36,314 nucleotides of DNA, from assembly GCA_964441225.1 (NCBI GenBank), contig CAYTUF010000003.1, positions 1-36,314 on the forward strand. Reading direction: 5' to 3'. Made by a program: the position numbers and the translations under genes. This document shows, piece by piece, positions 16,003-24,724 of the stretch. Within the stretch, counting starts at the first letter, position 1. Every line of letters begins with the position of its first letter. The DNA comes from an uncultured Candidatus Saccharibacteria bacterium. Lineage in GTDB: Bacteria; Patescibacteriota; Saccharimonadia; Saccharimonadales; 2-12-FULL-41-12. The notes under the pieces were generated by a model that ran no database searches, was not told the origin of the DNA, and was given only the letters and a program-made list of their open reading frames with translations.

Positions 16003-16607
16003 TTAGTAACCCCTTGGCTGCGATTAATGTTAGTGACCCATTTATCGGCTGTTTCGAGCAACGACAATGCCTTGAGAGTAGCGTAAGCGATGTTGGTTTT
16101 GTTGGTAGAACCAAGTGATTTAGATAATGCATTTTTGACTCCCCCAACTTCAAGTATAGTCCGAACAACACCCCCAGCTATAAGTCCCGTACCTGGACTG
16201 GCAGGCATAATCAAAATATTTGCACCGCTAACTTTAGCTTGTACCTCGTGAGGTAGGGTCTCTTTGTATAGTTTTAACTTCATCATGTCTTTTTTAGCAA
16301 CGTCAACAGCCTTGGCAACTGCAGAAGTAACATCAGCTCCTTTGGCACTACCTACGCCTACTGTACCTTTTTTATCGCCCACAACCACAAGAGCCCTAAA
16401 TCTAAACCTACGACCCCCCTTTACGACTCTTGCTACGCGGTCAATATTGAGCACAATCTCTTCAAACTGCTTTTCTTCCGTGTCGGCTCCTCTATGAGAG
16501 CGCATATTTCTTTTTAGCTGTGTTTGTCTTATAGGGCTAGGATTAGTTTTAACCTCTGTCGTCACTGAACCTCCGTCGTTTTGCATGAGTTGTTTATCGT
16601 CATTCAT
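15999..16607 (-). CDS. rpsE: 30S ribosomal protein S5 (N-terminal extension)
   Basis: RVARVVKGGRRFRFRALVVVGDKKGTVGVGSAKGADV... Confidence 0.95.
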   Translation of the reverse strand: MNDDKQLMQNDGGSVTTEVKTNPSPIRQTQLKRNMRSHRGADTEEKQFEEIVLNIDRVARVVKGGRRFRFRALVVVGDKKGTVGVGSAKGADVTSAVAKAVDVAKKDMMKLKLYKETLPHEVQAKVSGANILIMPASPGTGLIAGGVVRTILEVGGVKNALSKSLGSTNKTNIAYATLKALSLLETADKWVTNINRSQGVTK

Positions 16608-16961
16608 CTAAAACTCCAATCCTTCTTTTCTTGCCGACTCTGCCAATGCTTTTATTCGTCCATGGTATAGCTTTGCACCCCTGTCAAACGAAACCCTCTT
16701 TATCTTTTTAGCTTTAGCCTTTTTACCCACTTCTGTACCTACCGCTGATGCTAACTGGGTCAAATTCTGCTTACCGTTGTCTAGATTCAGCGAATTCACT
16801 GTTAATAATGTGGTTTTTTTATCGTCGTCTATTATCTGTGCATAAACGGCCTTATTGCTAATGTTGACGCACAACCTGAGCCTTCCTCCGTTTTTGATCA
16901 TTATGCGTGTTCGGTGGGCTCTTCTTGTTTGGTTGGTTCTTTTTGATTCTAATCTATTCAT
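16608..16961 (-). CDS. rplR: 50S ribosomal protein L18
   Basis: [11 protein letters not shown]...[18 protein letters not shown]...[23 protein letters not shown]-like. Confidence 0.95.
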   Translation of the reverse strand: [117 protein letters not shown]

Positions 16962-16964
16962 GGT

Positions 16965-17504
16965 CTATCCTTCCTTGCCACTCTTGCCACTTTTTCGAAT
17001 GATTCTCTCGCCCTGGTACTTTATACCCTTCCCCTTGTAGGGCTCGGGCTTCCTTAAGGCTCTTATCTCTGATGCGACTTGGCCGACCTGCTGTTTATCA
17101 ATTCCGCTAACAGTAATGATATTCTGCTCTACTTTGCCATCAATGCCAGCTGGGAAGGAATAGACAACTTCGTGAGAATAGCCAAGCCTCATACGTAAGT
17201 CACTACCACTTAGGTTCACCTTAAAGCCTACCCCGTTGACCTCTAACTTTTTCTCGAAGCCTTTAGCTACGCCATCTACCATATTTTGGAGCAAAGATCT
17301 CATCAGGCCGTGGAAAGAACGAGTACGTCGATCGTCACTTTTTCGGCTAACTAACAGCTGACTATCTTTCTGCTCTATTAAGATACCGGGCAATCGGCCC
17401 TGCTGAAGCTGTCCCTTTGGACCGACAACTTTTACGGTATCTGGTGATATCTCTATATTAACCCCAGCTGGTATCTCTATTGGTGATTTACCTATTCTAC
17501 TCAT
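16965..17504 (-). CDS. rplF: 50S ribosomal protein L6
   Basis: MSRIGKSPIEIPAGVNIE...LEVNGVGFKV...EPYKGKGIKYQGE. Confidence 0.95.
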   Translation of the reverse strand: MSRIGKSPIEIPAGVNIEISPDTVKVVGPKGQLQQGRLPGILIEQKDSQLLVSRKSDDRRTRSFHGLMRSLLQNMVDGVAKGFEKKLEVNGVGFKVNLSGSDLRMRLGYSHEVVYSFPAGIDGKVEQNIITVSGIDKQQVGQVASEIRALRKPEPYKGKGIKYQGERIIRKSGKSGKEG

Positions 17505-17526
17505 TGTATTTTCCTTCTTTGCCAGC

Positions 17527-17922
17527 TTAATAGACTTGGCAAATTAACTCTCCTCCAACGTGTTTCTTTTTTGCTTCATCTCCGGTCATTAGTCCTTTGG
17601 ATGTCGAGAGTATGACTATACCTCGCCCTCTCTTGACTGCAGGAATATCGTCAGCGCCAACATACATTCTTCTACCGGGTCGGCTCAAACGAGCAATCTC
17701 TGTAATTCGGGCGTTAGATTCGGCCTCGTTTATAGTTATTACAAGTTTTCTGTCTATACCTTTGCCTTGAGCGTTTACGCCATAGATAAAGCCAGACTTT
17801 TGCAATAAACTTGCGACCTGCTGTTTTATTTTCGAATGAGGCATGCTTACTTCATTTTTCGAGACGGCAATAGCGTTTCGAATCCTTGTTAACATATCTG
17901 ATATTGGGTCTGTAGAAACCAT
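17527..17922 (-). CDS. rpsH: 30S ribosomal protein S8
   Basis: DPISDMLTRIRNA..., GRGIVILSTSKGLMTGDEAKKKHVGGELICQVY. Confidence 0.95.
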   Translation of the reverse strand: MVSTDPISDMLTRIRNAIAVSKNEVSMPHSKIKQQVASLLQKSGFIYGVNAQGKGIDRKLVITINEAESNARITEIARLSRPGRRMYVGADDIPAVKRGRGIVILSTSKGLMTGDEAKKKHVGGELICQVY

Positions 17923-18089
17923 TATAGGGCATCCTTTCTTGTTTGAGAGTTGACAATAACGAGTGCGGTTTGGTAGTTCTGTTGAGAAAATGTATCGTTA
18001 TGATACATTGCCGAAATAAACTGACAAAATGTGCCGTTTTGGGGACTCTCAACAGAAAGTGATGTGTTGTGATGGTTTAGCAATACCAT
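17922..18089 (-). CDS. candidate 55-aa small ORF filling the rpsN-rpsH spacer (alternative reading: non-coding structured leader)
   Basis: ATG at 18087-18089 is preceded by AAGGAG (18094-18099, overlapping the rpsN stop) at 4-nt spacing. Its TAA shares one nt with the rpsH ATG (TAATG). Product: MVLLNHHNTSLSVESPQNGTFCQFISAMYHNDTFSQQNYQTALVIVNSQTRKDAL, no known family. A second out-of-frame ORF is also open here, so chance cannot be excluded. Confidence 0.25.
   Translation of the reverse strand: MVLLNHHNTSLSVESPQNGTFCQFISAMYHNDTFSQQNYQTALVIVNSQTRKDAL
17943..18057 (-). promoter_or_regulatory. nested and alternative inverted repeats in the rpsN-rpsH spacer (possible r-protein leader)
   Basis: On the minus-strand RNA, element A UUCUGUUGAGAGU (18057-18045) can pair with B UCUCAACAGAA (17987-17977, 11 bp). 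It can alternatively pair with C ACUCUCAA (17950-17943, 8 bp), which lies just upstream of the rpsH SD. An inner hairpin AAUGUAUC-auaac-GAUACAUU sits at 17989-18009. Confidence 0.4.
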
Positions 18090-18097
18090 AAAACTCC

Positions 18098-18367
18098 TTA
18101 CCAACTTGCCTTTGTTACGCCAGGTATTTCACCTTTTGAGGCATGTTCTCTAAAACTTATTCGACTCAATCCGAAGGTTCTCATGTAGCCGTGCGGTCGA
18201 CCAGTCTCACTGCAACGGTTTTTTCTTCTCGTAGGGGAAGAGTTGCGGGGCAATAAATGCAATGACTCTAAATCTCCGGCAGCCTTTAACTCTGCTCGTA
18301 TCTTTGCATATTTATCAATCATTTTGATTCTTTTTTTGTCTCTTGCGACTATCGATTTTTTTGCCAT
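18098..18367 (-). CDS. rpsN: 30S ribosomal protein S14, long C-minus form (89 aa)
   Basis: [13 protein letters not shown]...[39 protein letters not shown]. The ATG at 18367 is 1 nt after the rplE stop. The track ORF extends to 18388. Confidence 0.93.
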   Translation of the reverse strand: MAKKSIVARDKKRIKMIDKYAKIRAELKAAGDLESLHLLPRNSSPTRRKNRCSETGRPHGYMRTFGLSRISFREHASKGEIPGVTKASW

Positions 18368-18368
18368 A

Positions 18369-18962
18369 CTATTTATCCCCTTTCTCAAACGGCATCCCGA
18401 ATTTAGTTAGCAATACCTTTGAATGTTCTACGTTGTCTTTTGATGTTACAATTACAACCTGCAAACCATGCTGAGTTGTTGTCTCTTCAAAGCTAAGTTC
18501 TGGGAAAATAGATTGCTCGCTAAAACCAAGGCTATAGTTGCCTTGTTTATCAAAAGATTTTAGGCTTACTCCATGAAAATCTCTTAGACGAGGTAAAACT
18601 ATGTTTATTAAACGATACAAAAATTCATACATACGATCACCGCGAAGCGTAACCTTCATACCAATTTTGTTGCCCTCACGTAACTTAAAGCTAGCAATAC
18701 TAACCTTTGCATAAGTCTCGATTGGTTTTTGTCCAGTTATTTTAGCGAGGGTATTAGTAGCTGCTTCAAAGGCTCTTTTGTCATCTTTGCCCCGACCCAG
18801 TCCTACATTAAGAATTATCTTCTCCAATTCTGGTACCTGGTGCACATTTTTAAGGCCTAGCTCCTTTTGGATATTCTTTCTCTCTGTGAGATAAAGTTTC
18901 TTCAAGTGAGGTAAGACTTTTTTGGACTCAGTAGTTTTTTTTGGTTTATCTGCAATTGGCAT
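18369..18962 (-). CDS. rplE: 50S ribosomal protein L5
   Basis: [38 protein letters not shown]. Confidence 0.95.
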   Translation of the reverse strand: MPIADKPKKTTESKKVLPHLKKLYLTERKNIQKELGLKNVHQVPELEKIILNVGLGRGKDDKRAFEAATNTLAKITGQKPIETYAKVSIASFKLREGNKIGMKVTLRGDRMYEFLYRLINIVLPRLRDFHGVSLKSFDKQGNYSLGFSEQSIFPELSFEETTTQHGLQVVIVTSKDNVEHSKVLLTKFGMPFEKGDK

Positions 18963-19312
18963 TATTTTACCTCCTTCCCAGAGCGCTTATAAATGCGAGT
19001 TTTCTTACCCGTCTTGGAGTCCAATTTTATGCCAATCTTAGACGGCTTCTTAGACGTTGGCTCTATTAGTGCGACTTTGCTCACCCAGATAGGCTTAGTT
19101 ACATCAAAAATTCCGCCCTGAGGATGAGATCGATTAGGTTTAACTGCTCTTTTAACTACATTTATGCCCTCAACTGTAACTTTATTAAGCTTTGGATGTA
19201 CGGCTTCAATTTTACCGGTTTGTCCTTTGTATTTCCCTGAAAGCACAACTACATTGTCGCCTTTTTTAAGCTTGATCTTGTAAATGGTAGTGTTGCCTGT
19301 TGATCTACTCAT
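18962..19312 (-). CDS. rplX: 50S ribosomal protein L24
   Basis: KLKKGDNVVVLSGKYKGQTGKIEAV (KOW motif). Confidence 0.95.
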   Translation of the reverse strand: MSRSTGNTTIYKIKLKKGDNVVVLSGKYKGQTGKIEAVHPKLNKVTVEGINVVKRAVKPNRSHPQGGIFDVTKPIWVSKVALIEPTSKKPSKIGIKLDSKTGKKTRIYKRSGKEVK

Positions 19313-19681
19313 CTATAATACCTCCGGGGCTAAGCTGATAATTTTTGAGTAGCCCTGGTCACGTAGTTCTCTTGGAACTGGGCCAAAAATACGGGTAGCC
19401 TTTGGTTGCTTATCTTCATCTATTACCACAGCTGCATTATCGTCAAATTTAATAGTTGAACCATCTTTTCGTTTAATGTTCTTTTTGGTTCTAACCACAA
19501 CAGCTCTTATAACGCTTTTCTTTTTTACTCCGCCACTCGGATTAGCATCTTTTACGGTAGCAACAATTACATCACCCACTCTTGCGTAACGGCGCCTGGT
19601 GCCACCCAGTACGCGAATACACAAAATTTCTTTTGCTCCTGAGTTATCACAGACGTTTAGTCTGGATTCTTGCTGTATCAT
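19313..19681 (-). CDS. rplN: 50S ribosomal protein L14
   Basis: [27 protein letters not shown]... Confidence 0.97.
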   Translation of the reverse strand: MIQQESRLNVCDNSGAKEILCIRVLGGTRRRYARVGDVIVATVKDANPSGGVKKKSVIRAVVVRTKKNIKRKDGSTIKFDDNAAVVIDEDKQPKATRIFGPVPRELRDQGYSKIISLAPEVL

Positions 19682-19684
19682 AAA

Positions 19685-20071
19685 CTAAACCTCCTTCTCC
19701 TTTGAAATCTCTGCTTCTTTTGACTCTAGCTTCTTCTTTTCTTCACGTTTTTGTCGTCTTTGAGCTTCGATTTCTTTAGCACGTTCTTCTGACTCATTCT
19801 TGCTCAGTTCTTTTTTATCGTCCTCTGTGAGGGAGGTTTTAGATAAAATCTTGTCTAACTTAAAACGTTTACGAGCTGATAGGGGCTTGGTTTCAACAAT
19901 AGAAACTCTGTCCCCTATTTGACACTCGTTTTTACCGTCATGTGCCATAAACTTCGAAGTAACAGTATATTGTTTTTTGTAAATTGGGTGAGTCTTTCGG
20001 GTATGCACAGTTATTACGATTGTTTTATCGGTCGCATTAGATGTAACTACCCCAACTAGCGTCTTGGCCAT
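19685..20071 (-). CDS. rpsQ: 30S ribosomal protein S17 (long K/E-rich C-terminal extension)
   Basis: LVGVVTSNATDKTIVITVHTRKTHPIYKK...GDRVSIVETKPLSARKRF, then about 45 aa of EERAKEIEAQRRQKREEKKK... Confidence 0.95.
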   Translation of the reverse strand: MAKTLVGVVTSNATDKTIVITVHTRKTHPIYKKQYTVTSKFMAHDGKNECQIGDRVSIVETKPLSARKRFKLDKILSKTSLTEDDKKELSKNESEERAKEIEAQRRQKREEKKKLESKEAEISKEKEV

Positions 20072-20271
20072 TATCTTGTCTCCTTTAGTAGATTTTCGCT
20101 CATGACAGTTAACACGCGGGCAAGGTCGCGTCTTTTTACTCTGATACTTCGCACATTAGAAGTTTCCCCCATACGTATACGCCGTCTCATCTCTGCTATT
20201 TCCTCTCGAAGATCATTAGCTTTTTTCACTAAATCTTTAGAGTTTAATTTTCGTACTTCAACCGTCTTCAT
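20071..20271 (-). CDS. rpmC: 50S ribosomal protein L29
   Basis: VRKLNSKDLVKKANDLREEIAEMRRRIRMGE. Sits in the slot between rplP and rpsQ. Confidence 0.93.
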   Translation of the reverse strand: MKTVEVRKLNSKDLVKKANDLREEIAEMRRRIRMGETSNVRSIRVKRRDLARVLTVMSENLLKETR

Positions 20272-20684
20272 TATTCGCCCTCCCTAATAATGAACCTGGT
20301 TTTTACCGGTAGCTTATGCCCAGCAAGCCTCATAGCTTCTCTGGCAACTTCCTCTGAAACCCCCTGCATTTCAAACATAACTGTCCCCTTGCGAACTTTT
20401 GCCACAAAATATTCTGGAGCACCTTTGCCCTGACCCATTTTTACACCAATAGGCTTTTTAGTGACCGGTGTGTGTGGGAAAATTCTAATCCAAATTTTGC
20501 CACCACGCTTGATATATCTGGTCATAGCTTGACGTGCGGCCTCAATCTGACGGCTTGTAACCCGTTCGCCCTCAAGAGATTGCAACGCGTATTGCCCAAA
20601 AGCAATCGTATTACCACGGTTAGCTTGGCCCCTCACTCGGCCTTTCATAGTACGCCGGTATTTAGTCTTATTTGGGATTAACAT
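20271..20684 (-). CDS. rplP: 50S ribosomal protein L16
   Basis: [19 protein letters not shown]...[17 protein letters not shown]. Confidence 0.97.
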   Translation of the reverse strand: MLIPNKTKYRRTMKGRVRGQANRGNTIAFGQYALQSLEGERVTSRQIEAARQAMTRYIKRGGKIWIRIFPHTPVTKKPIGVKMGQGKGAPEYFVAKVRKGTVMFEMQGVSEEVAREAMRLAGHKLPVKTRFIIREGE

Positions 20685-21313
20685 CAGTTCTTCTCTCCCT
20701 TGTATATCCAGACTTTTACGCCGATAATGCCAGCGACTGTTTGAGCCGGTACATGAGCGAAATCAATATCGGCTCGAATTGTGTGTAATGGAACGCTACC
20801 GGCATGTTCTTTTTCTCTACGGCTCATTTCGGCTCCGTTCAATCGGCCAGAAACCTCTATGCGAACACCCTTTGCTCCCGCTCTCATTGTAGAAGCAGCT
20901 GCTTGTTTAATAGCTCGTCTAAAAGAAATCCTTCTCTCGAGCTGGTGTGCAATGTTCTCTGCGACCAACTTGGCATAAACTTCTGGCTTCTTTATCTCTT
21001 CGATATTCACTCTAGATTGAACCCCATAAATCTTTTCGATAGATTTCTTTAGCTCCTGTGCGCCTACGCCACCTCGCCCAATCACTACACCGGCTTTAGC
21101 TGTTGTTATTGTGACGGTTACAAGATTCGGCGATCGCTCAATGTCTACTTTGTTAATCGCAGCACGAGAACCAAGTTTCTTATCAATCATTCGTCTTACC
21201 TCAAGATCCTGAGTCAAGAACTTTGCATACTCACGTTTATTAGCAAACCATTTACTTCGCCAATCTTTACTAACCTGGAGCCTCATACTAATTGGATTTA
21301 CCTTCTGACCCAT
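20684..21313 (-). CDS. rpsC: 30S ribosomal protein S3
   Basis: [12 protein letters not shown]...KH domain...[11 protein letters not shown]. Confidence 0.97.
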   Translation of the reverse strand: MGQKVNPISMRLQVSKDWRSKWFANKREYAKFLTQDLEVRRMIDKKLGSRAAINKVDIERSPNLVTVTITTAKAGVVIGRGGVGAQELKKSIEKIYGVQSRVNIEEIKKPEVYAKLVAENIAHQLERRISFRRAIKQAAASTMRAGAKGVRIEVSGRLNGAEMSRREKEHAGSVPLHTIRADIDFAHVPAQTVAGIIGVKVWIYKGEKN

Positions 21314-21711
21314 TACTTTGCCTCCTTTTTGTCTTTTTGAACGGATTTTTTGGCGGTTGGTTTTTTGGGTACACGTTTTTCGCCTACAACTTCTACAAAA
21401 ATATGAGACGATTTCTTCTGAAACGGCAAAGCCCTACCATGAGCTGCTGGCTTATAGCGCTTTATTCTTGGGCCCGGGACTACGCTAATCTTACTGATGA
21501 CTAAGCTGTCTGGTTTGAAGTTGTGATTATTGTCAGCGTTTGCTTTGGCGCTTTCGATAACCTTCCTAACGGGCACAGCTGCGCGTCTCTGGGTGTGCCC
21601 TAAAATTGTCACCGCATCGCTAACTGTTCGTCCACGAACTAAGGAGGCAACAACCGCTACCTTGCGTGGTGCCATCCTAACTCCTTTAGCAGATGCTTTA
21701 ACTATATTCAT
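21313..21711 (-). CDS. rplV: 50S ribosomal protein L22 (basic C-terminal extension)
   Basis: VRMAPRKVAVVASLVRGRTVSDAVTIL... Confidence 0.95.
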   Translation of the reverse strand: MNIVKASAKGVRMAPRKVAVVASLVRGRTVSDAVTILGHTQRRAAVPVRKVIESAKANADNNHNFKPDSLVISKISVVPGPRIKRYKPAAHGRALPFQKKSSHIFVEVVGEKRVPKKPTAKKSVQKDKKEAK

Positions 21712-21989
21712 TATTTCTGTCCCTTAGCTAACTTCCCACCGTGACTTCTAAACTTACGTGTAGGCGAAAACTCACCCAGTTTGTGACCTACCATATTCTC
21801 AGTTATAAAAACAGGCACGTGTACTTTACCATTATGAACAGCAATTGTACGGCCAACGAACTCTGGCGGAATAGCACTTGCTCTGGCCCACGTCTTGATA
21901 ATAGTTCTATCCTCTTTACCAAGCGCACTGACTTTTTTAGCAAGCTTGGGGTCTACAAATGGTCCTTTTTTCAAACTTCTACTCATCAA
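21711..21989 (-). CDS. rpsS: 30S ribosomal protein S19
   Basis: [11 protein letters not shown]...[35 protein letters not shown]. Confidence 0.97.
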   Translation of the reverse strand: MMSRSLKKGPFVDPKLAKKVSALGKEDRTIIKTWARASAIPPEFVGRTIAVHNGKVHVPVFITENMVGHKLGEFSPTRKFRSHGGKLAKGQK

Positions 21990-22820
21990 CTATCTCCTTT
22001 TTCCTGCATGACGGCTTTTCACAATATATTTATCAGTACTCTTGCGACTTCTGGTTTTAAACCCAAGTGTTTTCTTGCCCCATGGCGTACATGGATCCTT
22101 ACCTATACCATGACGACCACCGTCTCCACCACCATGAGGGTGATCTACCGCGTTCATTACGACGCCACGCACCGTAGGCCGTTTACCCTTGTGACGTGAT
22201 CGTCCAGCTTTACCAACTTTTACATTTTGGTGTCCTGCGTTACCAACAACGCCCAAGGACGCACTGCAGTCAATACTTATTAACCGTACTTCACCACTCG
22301 GTAGTTTTACTTGAGCGTATTTATCGTCTTTTGCTACGAGCTGAGCACTTGCCCCGGCGCTCCTTGCCAATTGAGCTCCCCGTCCTAATTGCACCTCTAC
22401 CGCATGCAAAACACTACCAAGCGGTATGTCTTTCAGTTTCATCCTGTTGCCAGTTTCTATGCCAATATCTTCACCGGTTTGAATTTTCTGACCAGGCTTC
22501 ATACCCTGAGCAGCCAGAATATAGTGGTACTGCCCTTGCTTATCTTTAATACGGGCAATCCGTGCACTTCTGTTTGGATCATACTCTATATGCTCTATAG
22601 TTGCTTCGCCTTCGAACTTAAAGTTCATTAAACGATAAAATTTACGAGCTCCACCGCCACGATGCCTAGTTGTAATTCGACCCTGGTTATTGCGACCATT
22701 TGTACGGTTTTTCTTTACCAATAGGGATTTTAGAGGCTTTTTGGTGGTGATTTCGTCGAAATCTTGTGTGCTCATCCCGCGTCGTCCAGGAGTAGTAGGC
22801 TTATACAGTTTTACCGCCAT
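21990..22820 (-). CDS. rplB: 50S ribosomal protein L2
   Basis: MAVKLYKPTTPGRRGM...VMNAVDHPHGGGDGG. Confidence 0.97.
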   Translation of the reverse strand: MAVKLYKPTTPGRRGMSTQDFDEITTKKPLKSLLVKKNRTNGRNNQGRITTRHRGGGARKFYRLMNFKFEGEATIEHIEYDPNRSARIARIKDKQGQYHYILAAQGMKPGQKIQTGEDIGIETGNRMKLKDIPLGSVLHAVEVQLGRGAQLARSAGASAQLVAKDDKYAQVKLPSGEVRLISIDCSASLGVVGNAGHQNVKVGKAGRSRHKGKRPTVRGVVMNAVDHPHGGGDGGRHGIGKDPCTPWGKKTLGFKTRSRKSTDKYIVKSRHAGKRR

Positions 22821-23258
22821 CTATTTGCTCTCCCCTTTTTTCATTTTTTTAGCGGCTTTCTCTGCCATTTTCTTTTCTTTTTCTTCGGCTTTTTCTATGG
22901 CTGCAAAAACAGGGATCGAGTTACCTTCTGTTAACTTCACGTACGCGTTCTTAATATTTGGTTTTTTCCCATAAACGCTTCTGGTTCGCTTCCTGAAAGA
23001 TGGCTTCTTTTTGCCTTTAGCTACTAGTGTTCTCACGTTCTTAACACTTACCGAAAACTGAGCTTCGACTGCTTGTTTGATTTGAAGTTTATTCATAGAA
23101 GTGTCTACCTCAAAAACAAAAGTATTCTCAAGTTGGCTCAAAGCATAGCTTTTTTCGCTCATTTTTGGCTCCAGGGTATAAGTTTTTGCCAAAGGATTAG
23201 CCTTGCCTTTAGTAGGGGTGCTTTTTGATTTCTTAACAGTAGCTTTAGTAGAGCTCAT
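22821..23258 (-). CDS. rplW: 50S ribosomal protein L23 (N- and C-terminal Lys-rich extensions)
   Basis: Core PKMSEKSYALSQLENTFVFEVDTSMNKLQIKQAVEAQFSVSVKNVRTL. Sits in the slot between rplD and rplB. Confidence 0.93.
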   Translation of the reverse strand: MSSTKATVKKSKSTPTKGKANPLAKTYTLEPKMSEKSYALSQLENTFVFEVDTSMNKLQIKQAVEAQFSVSVKNVRTLVAKGKKKPSFRKRTRSVYGKKPNIKNAYVKLTEGNSIPVFAAIEKAEEKEKKMAEKAAKKMKKGESK

Positions 23259-23896
23259 TATTTAGACTCCCCAAGCCAAGCTGATATTGTCTCAAGCGAT
23301 TTCTTACTTATGACTATCGAATCAGCATTTAAAACATCATACACATTAAGATAATTTGCTTGAACTGCTTTAACATCTTTGATGTTACGCGTGGCTCTTT
23401 CTACTAACTCATCCTTACGGCTTATCACTATAAGGATACGTCTGCTTGCGCCGATTTTTTTAAGTAAATCAACCGTATATTTAACCCTGCCGTCTTTGCA
23501 TTCAAAAGTTTCTACAATAAATATTTTGCCACCCTCTGACGCCAGGCTTAGCGCTTGACGCAAGGCTTTTCGCTTAGACTTTAAGTTAAGTTTCTTTGAA
23601 TAATTTTCATTGCCAGTAGGACCAAAAGTTATACCACCGCCACGCCATATTGGGACCCTAGAACTACCAAAACGAGCCCGTCCCGTGCCTTTCTGTTTCC
23701 ATGGTTTTTTGCCACCACCACGAACCTGTCCACGCGTCTTGGTAACTGCCAGGTTCTCTCTACCATTTGCCAGATAAGTTACATACGCCTGCTGAAGTAA
23801 TACATGGTTGTTTACAGCTTCGTTAAAGACCTTTTTATCTAGAGATAGCTGAGTTGTAGACTTTGCGCCAGTCTTGGTAAAAGTTGGGGTAGACAT
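23258..23896 (-). CDS. rplD: 50S ribosomal protein L4
   Basis: TKTRGQVRGGGKKPWKQKGTGRARFGSSRVPIWRGGGITFGP. Confidence 0.97.
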   Translation of the reverse strand: MSTPTFTKTGAKSTTQLSLDKKVFNEAVNNHVLLQQAYVTYLANGRENLAVTKTRGQVRGGGKKPWKQKGTGRARFGSSRVPIWRGGGITFGPTGNENYSKKLNLKSKRKALRQALSLASEGGKIFIVETFECKDGRVKYTVDLLKKIGASRRILIVISRKDELVERATRNIKDVKAVQANYLNVYDVLNADSIVISKKSLETISAWLGESK

Positions 23897-24513
23897 TATT
23901 TGACACCTCTCAAAATAACCATACTCTTGCGCGGGCCAGGGACAGATCCAAAGACACCAATCAACGATCTTTCCTGGTCAACAAGTGCTATTTTTAAGTT
24001 TTTTGTAGTTACACGCTCAGCACCCATCTGTCCTGCCATCTTTTTACCCTTAAAAATCTTTTGTGGGTACATCGAACCAATAGAACCTGGCTCTCTTGTG
24101 TTGCCCTTTCCACCATGAGTCTTACGCTGACGATGGAAATTATGACGTTTTATCGTACCTGCCCAGCCTTTACCCTTACTAGTACCCGTTACGTCCACCT
24201 TATCTCCTTCATTAAAAATGTCGGCTGATAATTTATCGCCGACTTTTAAATCTTCTGGAAGTGCATCTATACGAAACTCTCTAATAATACTGACTTTTTC
24301 TTTACAATCTTTGAGGTGTCCAAGCTGTGCCTTATTGATAGTTTTCTGTGTTTTTTTAGTTCCGACCTGCAGGGCCAGATAGCCATCTTTTTCTACGTCT
24401 TTTATTTGGGTTACGACGTTTTCTTCAACTGCGAGTAAAGTTACAGCCCTAGCCACACCATCCTCATCTATGGTGTTTGTCATACCTAATTTTTTGGTTA
24501 TTAGAGCTTTTAT
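23896..24513 (-). CDS. rplC: 50S ribosomal protein L3; probable non-canonical (ATA) start at 24513, first ATG at 24483
   Basis: The body is clearly L3 (GTSKGKGWAGTIKRHNF...THGG...REPGSIG). The in-frame codons upstream of the first ATG read I-K-A-L-I-T-K-K-L-G-M-T, the conserved L3 N-terminus (MKxxLGxKxGMT). AAGGAAAGG (24523-24531) lies 9 nt upstream of the ATA. There is no ATG, GTG or TTG between the in-frame TAG (24559-24561) and 24483. Confidence 0.9.
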   Translation of the reverse strand: MKALITKKLGMTNTIDEDGVARAVTLLAVEENVVTQIKDVEKDGYLALQVGTKKTQKTINKAQLGHLKDCKEKVSIIREFRIDALPEDLKVGDKLSADIFNEGDKVDVTGTSKGKGWAGTIKRHNFHRQRKTHGGKGNTREPGSIGSMYPQKIFKGKKMAGQMGAERVTTKNLKIALVDQERSLIGVFGSVPGPRKSMVILRGVK

Positions 24514-24711
24514 GACTTTTCGCCTTTCCTTGTATACTATCCGCCAATTACTATCTGTCTAGAGATTGTGCCTCATCAGCCTCTCGTGACAATAAAATTA
24601 TGACGCCCGGTGGTTTCTATCCCTGTAAATTAGGAGATGACCTGCTCTAGTGCGCCACGACAATACTTGACTGCTTATCACAGATTAGCATAAAACTCTG
24701 ACCTCTGTCAA
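24514..24711 (-). promoter_or_regulatory. candidate promoter (TTGACA-18 nt-TAATCT) plus ~160-nt leader upstream of rplC
   Basis: -35 TTGACA is at 24706-24711 and -10 TAATCT at 24682-24687 (minus strand). The leader contains nested complementary segments CTAGAG...CTCTAG and GTCATC...GATGA(g). Confidence 0.4.
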
Positions 24712-24724
24712 TATGTTGTTTGTA

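Noticed and set aside
15857-16171. Minus-strand 104-aa ORF overlapping the rpsE/rplO junction out of frame.
   Set aside because: It overlaps two conserved genes in another frame and has no independent support.
21741-22549. Long plus-strand ORFs (152 aa and 117 aa) in the track, and many other 60-95-aa plus-strand ORFs across 8.5-36 kb.
   Set aside because: They lie entirely antisense to strongly conserved r-protein, rpoB/C, tuf and fusA genes. They have odd low-complexity composition and no SD. This is typical of shadow ORFs.
24571-24579. CUGAUGAGG in the rplC leader, reminiscent of the hammerhead ribozyme core.
   Set aside because: No stem II hairpin followed by GAAA, and no flanking stems I/III, could be drawn. 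The heptamer alone is expected by chance.
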